Shown here: positions 42,436 through 53,339 of the stretch, in pieces
Position numbering within the stretch: position 1 is the first letter of the stretch
How the letters are laid out: each line of letters starts with the position of its first letter
NCBI RefSeq assembly: GCF_009914755.1
Contig: NC_060926.1
Direction: 5' to 3' (one strand)
Length of the DNA: 64,000 bases
Source: the human T2T-CHM13v2.0 reference genome, Homo sapiens
Notes under the pieces: generated by a model
The model's database searches: none
The model's input: only the letters and a program-made list of their open reading frames with translations
What the model was told of the DNA's origin: nothing
Made by a program: the position numbers and the translations under genes

Positions 42436-42799
42436 TGATACAGTTTGGCTCTTGTCACTACCCAAATCTTATTTTGAATTGTAGCTCCCATATTTCCCAC
42501 ATGTACTGGAAGGGACCCGTTGGGAGGTAATTGAATCATGGGGGTGGGTCTTTCCCATGCTTTTTTTGTGATAGTGAATAAATCTTGTAAGATATGATGG
42601 CTTTATAAATGAGAGTTCCCCTGCACATGTACTCTTGCCAGCAACTATGTAAGACATATCTTGCTTCCTCTTCACCCTCTGCCATGATTGTCAGGCCTCC
42701 CCAGCCATGTGGAACTGCAAGTCCGTTAAACCTCTTTCCTTTATAAATTACCCTATCTCAGGTATGTCTTTATTAGCAGTGTGAGAACAGACTAATAGA
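42436..42799 (+). mobile_element. THE1B-like solo LTR inserted in the ERV-L pol
   Basis: tgatacagtttggctc...gaggtaattgaatcatgggg...aattaccctatctcaggtatgtctttattagcagtgtgagaacagactaataga; 5-bp TSD GCAAT at 42431-42435 and 42800-42804. Confidence 0.92.
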
Positions 42800-42821
42800 G
42801 CAATAAAAAAGTTTTTTTCCC

Positions 42822-43862
42822 ATGTACAGGACAGAGAACTCAGAAATAAGCCTGCACACCTACAACTATCTGATCTTTGACAAACCTTGACAAAAACAAG
42901 CAATGGGGATAGGTTTCCGTATTTAATACATGGTGCTGGGAGAACTGACTAGCCATATGCAGAAGACTAAAACTGGACCCCTTCCTTATATCGTATACAA
43001 AAATTAACTCAAGATGGATTCAAGACTTAAATGTAAAACCCAAAACTATAAAAACCCTGGAAGACAAACCAGACAATACCATTCTGGACATAGGAATGGG
43101 CAAAGATTTCATGATCAGATGCCAAAAGCAATTGCAACCTAAGCAGAAATTGACAAATGGGATCTAATTAAAACAAACAGCTTCTGCACAGCAAAGAAAA
43201 CTACCAACAGAGTGAACAGACCACCTAAAAAACGGGAAATTTTTGCAAACTATGTATCTAACAAAGGACAAAAATTCAGCATCTATAAGGAACTTAAACA
43301 AATTTACAAGAAAAAAAATGAACAACCCCATTACAAAGTAGGCAAAGGAATGTAAATATACCCAAAGGAATGTAAATCATTCTATTATAAAGACACATGC
43401 ACATGTATGTTCATTGCAGCACTATACACAACAGCAAAGATATGGAATCAACCTAAATGCTCAGCAGTGATAGATGGGATAAAGACAATGTGGTACATAT
43501 ATGCCAATGGAATAATATGCAGCTATAAAGAAGACTGAGATCATGTCCTTCGCAGGAACATTGATGGAGCTGGAGGTCATTATCCTTAGCAAACTAATGC
43601 AGGAATAGAAAACAAAATACCACATGTTCTCACTTGTAAGTGGGAGCAAAATGATAAGAACACATGGACAATACACACTGAGACCTATCAAAGGGTGGCA
43701 GGTGGGAAGAGGGAGAGGATCAGGAACAATAACTAATAGATACTAGGCTTAATACCTGGGCGATGAAATAATCTGTACAACAAACCCCCACAACACAAGT
43801 TTATCTATATAACAAACCTTCACATGTACCCCTGAACTTAGAAAAAAAAAGTTAAAAACAAA
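42822..43862 (+). mobile_element. L1PA (about L1PA10-13) 5'-truncated 3' end inserted in the ERV-L pol
   Basis: ORF2 C-terminus and 3'UTR (gggagaggatcaggaacaataactaat...acatgtacccctgaactta); A tail; internal deletion near 43350. Confidence 0.92.
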
Positions 43863-44220
43863 GGTTTTTCTTCATTAAATGGGAAGAGTAAAATATGGAC
43901 CATGTAACAGAGGTAACCATATGAGATATCCATTGCATACATGAATAGTAACTGTGCTTTTAAGGGATGCCTTTAATCCTTCTGATTTACCTAATCCTAC
44001 AAGTGAGTGGGAACCCACATTTGGCCAATTACTGGAGGATGAAAAAAAAGAGTTAGCATGGTTTTCTGATGGTAGCTCATGGATAGAGGGTCAACATTTT
44101 AGTTGGAAGTCAGCTGTATTACAACTGATTTATGGCTATATTCTGACTGAAAAAGGAAAAGATAAATTTAAGCAGTATGAGGTACTAAGAACACTAAGGG
44201 TATTGGAAGAACTAGATAGT

Positions 44221-44292
44221 GAGAAGAAGAAGAAACAGAAGGAGAAGGAGGAGGAGGAGGAAGAAGAGGAAGAGGAGAGCCTGAAGAGGAAG
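44221..44292 (+). repeat. (GAA/GAG)n purine-rich simple repeat within the RNase H remnant
   Basis: gagaagaagaagaaacagaaggagaaggaggaggaggaggaagaagaggaagagg. Confidence 0.9.
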
Positions 44293-45134
44293 ATGTAGTT
44301 AAGAATTATGCTGATTACTGGGACATAGCCAAAGGACTAGTAATACGTTCTGAAAAAAAGCCTTATATAATTAGATAATAAGAAAACCTCATGTGATGTA
44401 CTATGTTTTGAAAAGCATTATGAACATGCAAAAGGAGAGTTAAAGAAGATAATATGTTATGCTTGTCAGAAAAACCTTCCCAAATTTGAAGGAGAACTGG
44501 AACCAACAAGTGGGTGCCATCATCCATTCTTCGGAAAGGATCACGGAGTGACATCAAAGACTGAAGGGTGATGTGATGTGGGCTTGCATACCCAGAGAAT
44601 CCAGACCTGCGCCTAGGTAGTAAGTGAATTACATTGGCTTTATGCCTGTGGAGGGGTGCAGATGGGTTTTTACTGGGATAGATATTTATTCTGAATTTAG
44701 ATTTGCATCCCCTCTAATGGTGACAAATGTTTTAAACATGATCAAACTAAAGCAGAAAATATCGTTCCTTTTGAACCTCCAGGTTAGATATCATCTGATT
44801 AAGAAATTCATTTTCCTGCACATGCCAGGATGTATATAATATTTTGTTGTCCAAAGCAAGTATACAGTGAATTTATCATCTGCTTCATCACTCACAAAGT
44901 GCCCACTTACCATATTGCAGGGCTGACAAAGGATAAAGAGTCGTTTGCACAATTTCAATAACACGTAATGAAACAATATGCCTGGTATTACAAGTGAGTC
45001 TTGTGTGAATATATATTGAAGAGTCCTGTGCATTCTTTCAATAACCAGAAAAGACACAAGTAAAACGGATAATAAGTGGAATTTCCAGGATTTGAAACTA
45101 AACTTTTTATAATTCAGAGCAATTAACCACTACC

Positions 45135-45247
45135 AGATGTACTTCTAAACTGAAATGTGCATATCAGTAGAAAGGAATTTACTACTGATCCTTAGATACA
45201 CTTCTAAACTGAAATGTGCGTATCAGTAGAAAGGAATGCTGATCCTT
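45135..45247. repeat. Imperfect ~59-bp tandem duplication
   Basis: acttctaaactgaaatgtgc(a/g)tatcagtagaaaggaat...ctgatcctt occurs twice (45135-45193 and 45194-45247). Confidence 0.9.
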
Positions 45248-47489
45248 CACTGAGAACAGATATGGTGGCTGGAAAGATAGAGTATAAGCACCTGAGAACC
45301 TGGAATGAGGAGAGGTCCTCTGAATGGGAGAAAGGCACAGATCAGAAAGATAATAAATAGAACTTATGTGTATCCCATGGTTTCCCTTAGAGCTGCCTTG
45401 TTTTGAGTCATGGCAGAACCCTATTTTAATATTGATTCATTTCAGTGGTTGGAACCTACTTTTAAAATGCCCTATTCTGTATTTATTAGATTTTTTGGGC
45501 TATAATTTTATTAGATATTCATGAGTTAGATATTCATGATGTTTTAAAATCAGAAAAGGCAATTTTTAACTCCTTTATAAATTTTTGAAATCTATGATAG
45601 TGGAAATGAAAAAGAATTACTTTAATATAGAATTCAAACAGGTTTTAGAACAAAATGTCTCAGGATTGTATTAGAGGTAACTAAAAACTGTGCCCACCCA
45701 CATTCATCACATTTGAGCCATCCCTGAATTTTAGCCTCATAGTTTTTCAATGGGAGATTTTTAAAAAAGTAATTGATATAATATTGTTGAATTATGAGGT
45801 CATTATATAATGAGGCATTATATAATAACAGAGAAAATTATTATCATAAATCATGAAACTATAGCAGACTTTGGATTTATATAGTGCAAACAAAAAACTT
45901 TGAGTCTGTTTTTCAGAAGCCCAACTACAAAGACATTTTTAAATGGAAAATATTATTTTCTATCCATGTGGCCTTATATGGATTTATTTTGACATTGGAC
46001 ACCTCTTTTATTTGGCATTAGATACTTTTAAAAAATGTACAATTATTGCATAGCTACTATGTGTTAGGTGCTAATCCAACTTGAATATATGTTTTATACC
46101 TTTGCCTCATCTAATCCTTATAAAATCTCTTCGAGTTGGATATTATTTGAGATTTTAGGTGTGAGTGGGGTCTGGTAGGGTTGACAAAAAGAGTGTTGAT
46201 GAATGTATTGGGATTTAAAAGTGAGGAAAAAAAACAACCAAGATTACTTGTGGCATTTTTTAAAATTAGGTGCAAAATTGCTTCATTTGTTAGGCTACTA
46301 AATAAAACACACGTGTAAATTGCATTTTCAACTTGTATATGTCATGTAGCTATGACATAAAACTATATGTTTACCTCTGTGTTATATAATTCCCTACTTG
46401 GAGCTTTCAATTAATTTATTACCCAACATTTCTTTCTTGTCAGTGTTCCATATTGACCTATTCAAAATGGATTGATCGATGTCCTTCTTTTTTTTTATAA
46501 TGAGTCCCTGAGCCAAAAATCAGATAAGCTCTGTAAAGTTCGCTGCTTCTACAGACTATGACTTTTCTTGCTGAAAAGGCAAAGAATGCAAGGGCCTTCC
46601 TCCAAGGTCTTTGGCTCTCATGTGATAAACCTTGATAAACTAAAGGGCACAAGAGGTGAGAAGCATTGTGTTTACTTTCTGGGCCATCGGCTTGTCGGTG
46701 CTGTTATGGAAAGCATTCAGACTCTCTTGTGTTGGGCTATTGGGCTGCTGTTAAAAATATACACATAGTGAATAATGCCAAAACACAAGCAAAACTGAAA
46801 GGACTGACAGCTATAATATGAATCCTTTTTAGCATTTCCCACAGGAAAACTTTTCAGGTGGAGGGTGGTGATGGCTCTTTCCGTGCTGGCTATTTTGTTC
46901 TGTCAGGATTCATAAGATGTTGAATTAATTAACATTTGAAAGTACATTTTTACTCTCAGGAAGAACTTTAACCATGCGGTTTTAACAACTACTCAATGTT
47001 AACCTTTTATTAAAATGCTGTCCTAGATTCGGGTTTTGAACTGAAAAGTGGTTTAAGGACTCAGGTACAAGGAATGCTACTCCAGGAGGAAGAGTCCAAG
47101 AAAGGAGACTTTGACCTTCTAAAAAACTCTGCATTTTTCAGCTGCATACTAGAAGTCTACCAGGTTGGCATAAGACTCTTGTCTTCGTGATAAAAAAAAT
47201 ACTTGGCATCAGTTTTCCATGTGATTGATTAAGTACATAGTATTTATTTGTGTGGTGTTCTATGCAAAGTTAGAAACTCATGCTGCTCTGGGAATAGGCT
47301 CTTATTTTGACCAATGCCATAAGCAGTCTGTAGGAAGAGCTAAGAGGTGAAATGATAAAGGCCGAATGTAAAAGCTTAGAAGATTTTCACCAATGACAAA
47401 TGCTGCTCCAAAGAGTCGAAAACTAGCTGTCAGAAAACCTCTCCTGATACTGAACCAAAGTTTACTTCCTCATAACTCCCACAACAGGT

Positions 47490-47760
47490 ATTAGTTCACC
47501 TGCCAGGACCACAGATGACTAATCTAGTCTTTCCACATGACAGTTTTTCAAATATTTGAAGGCAAAACTTCTATCTCCCATGATCCTTCTCTTAAGGGAA
47601 AATACCTCCACATCCCTTAAGAATTAAAAAAAGGTCTTCAGAGAACATGATTTTGAATTCCCTCACCATCCCATCCATCCTCTTCTGGATAATTTATTTA
47701 TAAATTTCTTCAACTGTTTTGGTTTCAGAATAGAGGTCAATGTTGCTGGCTTAATCTTAT
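47490..47760 (-). mobile_element. L3/CR1 fragment
   Basis: tttccacatgacagtttttcaaatatttgaaggc...ccttctcttaagggaaaatacctccacatcc...ccctcaccatcc. Confidence 0.5.
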
Positions 47761-50019
47761 TTCTCTACTGCAGATGTGTTCCTTTAAACAAGAGGTTTAG
47801 TTTACTTAAAACTGAAATTCATTCCTGAAAGTGGTACCATACAGTGGCAACATGCAGTCTCATGAATGGTGAGAGTCCTTTGAAAGTCTTTCACATGAGC
47901 TTCATGCTCACTGGCTCAGGTATGCTCGCATGTACCCCACCAGTGGGAAGGAATTTGGGCATTCATTCATGTCCATTCCCCGCAAACACACACTTAAACA
48001 TGTTGCAATCAGAATAAGACTGGATTCCACAAGGAAGGTGTAGTTAATACACAATATGCAGAGTTAATACTCTTCTCTACACCCTCCCTTGCTCTCTCTC
48101 CTTGCTTATGTCCTCCCCCTTTTCTCCTTTGTCCATCACATCCTGGCCATGGGATTTCCTCCTTATTTTACTATTTGCCTTATTGTGACTCATTACCACC
48201 ACTTCATAACTGACAGAAGCATCCAGACATTTCATCTCCCAGGATTCAGAAGTTGAGGCTGAATAGTTGGCTATTATCTTGAAAATGTTGACACCTATTA
48301 TCTTAAATCCTGATGTTGTTCGACATAATTATTGTGTGTGATTAAAAATAACACATCAGTGCTTTCTTTTTTTTTTTTTTTTTACTCTTTACTGGTGTTC
48401 TTAGTTTTTCCAAACCAATATGGTTCATTCTCACCTCTCTGTATCTACCCCATCTTGCTCCCAAAAATAAATACACACCTTATAAGATGAACAGACATTT
48501 AAACAAAGAACCATAACCGCAGTTTCTTTGGATGCCATTTGGTCACAGAGGATTCCAAGCCAACAGGTGGGTATATCAAGCTACTGACCAGTAGGGTTCT
48601 CCTGCATTCTTTTACTATTTCTACGTATTCTTCTACAAAGGAATAGGTAAAACACTGAAAAGCAACATGACAAGCCCACTCTATCACTTGAAAGTTGATG
48701 GGAGACAATTCTTTCCAAGTTGAGTGAACTGAGGGCCTGTCCAAGGGTCTCTCTGGGGAGGCCTTCTCGTCCCAACTCCCCATCCCATAGTCATTCCACA
48801 CTCCAAAGCATATTTCCTTTACCGGAAGCAGCACACATCCATCCCTCAAGTGCATTTCTCCAATTCAAGGAGAGAAAGGAAGGAAGCAATGAAGTTTCCT
48901 TACATCGTGTGTAGAAAACAGTGGTGTGTGAGTGTGGTGGTGGTGGTGTACGTGTGTGCATGGGGACAGATAGATGTCAAACAGATGAAGTACGGAGCTG
49001 AGCATACTGCCTTCCAAACAACTGATCTGGGTTTGGCTCCTGGCTATTACACCATTACATGTTAGGGCTTGAGAGGGTCAAGCTCTTGAGTGTTGAATCA
49101 AATGGATGAGAAGCAAATTATCATCACTGTTGCTGATCAAGCTGAATTGGAGAATGTGTCTTGAACATTGGTCACAGTTGAGTTTCCTGACATGTCCAGA
49201 TATGATGGACTGATTAGCAGATAAGGTCTGTGTCCTTAGAGACCAGCCTCTCACAGTATGACAGAGAATCTCAAAGGGGCTGGGGCATGTAAGCTGACTC
49301 TTTTCTCTGGTGTCACCAACCAGAAAAGTCATTTCTCATTCCATGGGGAGAAATGGAAAGGGAGTGAAATGAAAGAGAACAGAGGTGTTTCTCCCATTCA
49401 TTACCCTCTAAGGAACTAGAATTTTCCTCCCCTTGAAGAAAACATGAGAAATAGAGGGTAAGCATTCCTTTCTGACATGAATAGCTGCACAAAACTTTTT
49501 AGTTTTAAAATTACTTTCTTATACTCTGACATATAAATAAATCCTATCAGTGGTGTTTAAACTGTAGGGCAGATAAGAATTATTTTGAGCTTTAAAAAAA
49601 GTAGATTCCCTAGGTCACACTACGTTTTCTTTTTAAACAAACATGTGTTGGGGCTTAACCCTTAAGAATTACTACTGCATGTAAGCCAATTTTGCTCTAT
49701 CGTTAACAGTATGTACTGAGCCCATAAATGCTGCCCTGTGGAATCACAGAGAAAGGTTTATCTGACCATGGGGTTTGACTTCTGGTGCTCAGAATGCTCA
49801 CTTAGTTACATTTGGGTGTATAATTAAACCTAAAAAATAACAAGGAAACTTTAAATACAAAGACCACCTTACAAGTCAGCAAAAATATTTACTGTTACAG
49901 TACTAAGTAAGTGCAAGAAATTAAGGGATGGTTCTCTAATCAGGAACTGCTTCTGCTTAAAATATTATTATATCAATATGTTCTTTTTCTTTAAAAATGA
50001 GAATTATAGTTACCTTAGA

Positions 50020-50212
50020 GAAGCATTCTCTAATAAAAATTATTGTGATGATAGAAATATATCTATGCTACCCAATACGGGCACCAACATGTAGCTATGG
50101 AGTACTTGAATGCACATAACACAACTACAGAACTGAATCTTTAATTTAATTACTTTTAATTTAAATATACGTAGCCATGTTTGACTACTGTGTGTCGTAT
50201 TGAGTAGCACAT
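50020..50212 (+). mobile_element. MER3-like hAT-Charlie MITE
   Basis: tgtgatgatagaaatatatctatgctacccaatac...catgtagctatggagtacttgaa...gtagccatgtttgacta. Confidence 0.7.
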
Positions 50213-51171
50213 CCTTAGCATATGTTTTTAAAACTGTGGGTTGAAATAAACTAACGGACTCTGAAAACAATTTAATGTTTTATGTCAGCATTTAAATAAA
50301 CGACCTCAAGGAGTATAGATATTGTGAAAGTTCCTCACACATAGCAAATATGTTATTTTATAAAGTTTACTTATGAGGAAAGAGAAAAATGATTACCTGG
50401 TCATAATACAAAATGTGTTTTGTGTGAATTGTTGACTTTTGCTCTATGGAGTGTATAAAATAATAAGTATATTTAGGGGAAGGAACCAAAGAAGAAACAC
50501 ACCTGCAAACTGCGATGTTTTTTTTTGTTGCTTGCACTGACAGAAAAGCCAGTGAGAACTATGTGATGATAGCTCCACCTTGAGGTTTGATGATAATATT
50601 TCCAGTAGGGAAAGGATGAAAGGAAACACATGAGAAGAAACATTAATTTTCTCATAATGTTTATAACACTACACTTTTGTTTCTACAGTTCGCATTTAAA
50701 AGCCCACTGATTCTGGCCTTCCAGAACCTGAATTGCCCACCTCAAACATAGGTTCTAACTAGAAACTTAAGTGGATATGTTAGTGGACAGAGCCTGCCAT
50801 GTGATACTCCTGCCAATCTTCTGGTCGAGGTTTTGATGTGCAACTTCGAAGAGTGACCCTCCGCAAAAAAAATCTCACTGGGCTTTACCCCATAGAAAGC
50901 TGAAAGGTGGCCTTCGAAGTGGGTATTAATGCAGGACCACTAACATTTTATGTCTCATTGTATGAAGAGAGTATAATTATTAAGTCCTTAAAACCTATTA
51001 ATTACCATATAGATATAGAAATATGTCAACTCCGTATTCTGAAAATGGATTATATCATGGTTGGCTAATAGAATTTTTTTTTTAAATTATGTAATTTCAT
51101 TAGAGAAGAGGGGAAGAGGAAGTGGTTTGTTGATGAAAAAGAAGGGATTTTATACCAAAGGGAAATTATGA

Positions 51172-52420
51172 TTCTTTCTTGATGTTTAATTTGCATCCAA
51201 TAAAATTAATTCTTCTTAAGTGTTTAGTTAGATAAGTTTTGATAATTGTATCAAAACATGTAACTACCAGCCAAAACAAGATAATGGGCATTTCTATAAA
51301 CCCAGAAAGTTCCATTTTACCCCTGTTAATGGAACCCAGAAAGTTCCATTCTACCCCTTCCTTGCTGTGGGATATTACTGTACTCTTTTCCAGCATTGGA
51401 GGGTAGCTTGTCTGTTCCCAAACATCAAATAAATGGAACTATGTCCTATTTATTCTAATGTGTCTGGGTTCTTTGGCTCAGTAAGATGTTTTTGTAATTT
51501 ATCCTTGTTGTCCCATATGTTACTAACTTATTCTTTTTTATTGCTGAGTACTATTCCATTCTATAGATAGGCTGCCATTTGTTTATATATTTTCTCTTTC
51601 TGGATATTTGGATCATTTCCAATTTGGAGCTATTGTGAAAAATAAGGCTGCTTTGAACACTCTTGTAAAATTTTTGTGGCTATGTATTTTTACTTTTCTC
51701 AGATAAATACATGGAAGTGGAATTTCTGAGTCATATGATAAACACATATTCAACTTTTTGAGAAACTGCCAAAAAGCTGGCCACAAGAAAAACTCCAAGG
51801 CCAGATTAATTCTATCAAACATTTGCAGGAGTTTTTTTACGCATTCAGGATGCCAGTGATTTGTAAGATATGCGCACGCACGCATGCACACACGCACATA
51901 CACACGTGTGTATATATGTAAGATATCCTAGACATATATCTTATATGTATTCTTTGATAAGTACACTTTTTTGCAAAAGATTATATTCAATACTATTTCG
52001 CAGCCTATAGTTTGTCTATTCATTCTCCTATTTCTGCCTTTTGAAAGCAGACTTTAAAATTTTGATGATATATGATTTTTTTTTCTCTTTTATGTAAGAT
52101 GTAAGATTGCTGTTATTACTTGCCTAAATGTTTGGTAGAATTCCCGGGTAAAGACATCTTAGGGGAGGTTGTTGATTACAGATTCAATTTCTTAAAGATA
52201 TTGGAATATTCCCATTTTCTATTTCCTCTTCCATCAGTTTTGGTAATTTGTGTTTTTCGAGGAATTTGGCCATTTCATTGAAGTTGCTAAATTTATTGGC
52301 ATAATGTTTTTGATACGTTATTTTTATTTTAAATTCTATCATTATTGTAGTTTAATTTCCTTGTTTTCTTTGATCCTTAGGCTATTTAGTAATGTGTTAT
52401 TTAGTTTCAAATATTTTGGA
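51172..52420 (-). mobile_element. L1M (ME/MB-like) 3' fragments
   Basis: ttattctttttattgctgagtactattccatt...catttccaatttggagctattgtg...ttcaactttttgagaaactgccaaa. Confidence 0.75.
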
Positions 52421-52559
52421 ATTTTATTCTTAGCTCTCCTATCCTTTAGGCTCACTTTAATATGAAGTCAGAGACAGCCCCCAGATGAGAGGGTCACGAC
52501 ATACCGTGAGTGTCTAGAGATGTTAGCTCTTTCCCTTGACATTGACTGTTTTTTTAGGC

Positions 52560-52692
52560 TAATGGGGATAAATATTATGAAGGTTTGATGCAGCATAGCA
52601 GCTTATCACCAACCTGTCCAAGTGGCTTTCCTGGACAGATTGGTAATAAGCTGGTATGCTGCATCAAACCTTTATAATATTTATCCCAATTA
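52560..52692. repeat. Long near-perfect inverted repeat (61-bp arms, 11-nt loop)
   Basis: 52560-52620 matches the reverse complement of 52632-52692 at 56/61 positions without gaps; loop agtggctttcc. Confidence 0.97.
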
Positions 52693-53339
52693 AAGACAAG
52701 TCACAGGGACAACTGCATAGCCTTTAGCCCAGAGACTTTACTCTAAATGCCACGAATGTAAGCCTTTTTTAAAACCTTGTTGGAAGTGCCTTTATCATAT
52801 GACTTGTTGAAAGAGTATTCGTGACTTTTTAAACACAAATACTGCAGTAAAACTCCAGGAAATAGACCTTTCACACTACTTTTCCCTAATGAAGACATCT
52901 TATGAAAACTTCCTAGGCTTCTGTGCCAATGGATAATCTAAAATTAAATCTTTTGGGCTCTCCAGAAGCAGAAAGCATCATGAAGGAGAAAAAAAATTTC
53001 TAGAAATTCAAGTCAAGCAGCGGACTGCTGGGCATAGACAACTTTCATCAAAACTTTTAAATCAAAAATCCTGAAAGCCAGGAGCCACTTACTGCCATAC
53101 TCTTTTTGTCTCTTTCATCTTCTTCTAATGACTCTTCCTCTCCTGGTTAACTTGAAAGATTTTTGATTGCTAAAATGAGATTTCCAAAGTACATCTCCAA
53201 CATTGTTACTCAAGGTAAATTAACAGGATAAACCAAGTGTTACGCAAACTTATTGATTCCAAACCTTTTTTCTCTACAGATTCATGGAAGATGGGATATG
53301 TTCACTTGGACTATTGAATTTTGGTCATAATCTTGGCTA

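Larger units (their letters stand above)
39634..45350 (+). pseudogene. Decayed ERV-L (class III) gag-pro-pol internal region
   Basis: Protease remnant in ORF 40911-41096 (ELRAFTFVGV..RTLLCLLNNGAQGT, like LLDTG); RT GGS*RLTVYY..VVPSIASAVPD (~41495-41570) and HYIDDII (41794-41814); RNase H in ORF 43954-44298 (W.PTFGQL.EDEK..AWFSDGSS..WKSAVLQ); integrase in ORF 44624-44839 (NYIGFMP..WVFTGIDIYSEFRFA). Many stops and frameshifts. Confidence 0.88.

Noticed and set aside
48499-48855. 118-aa minus-strand ORF with a protein-like segment (EEYVEIVKECRRTLL) between an AG and a weak GTCAGT donor
   Set aside because: No recognisable homology, weak donor, and no linked in-frame exons found.
51299-51358. 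26-bp direct repeat with 34-bp period, and similar short duplications near 5675, 32572, 45507, 45795 and 54236
   Set aside because: Ordinary slippage duplications; two or three copies without unique spacers, so not CRISPR-like.
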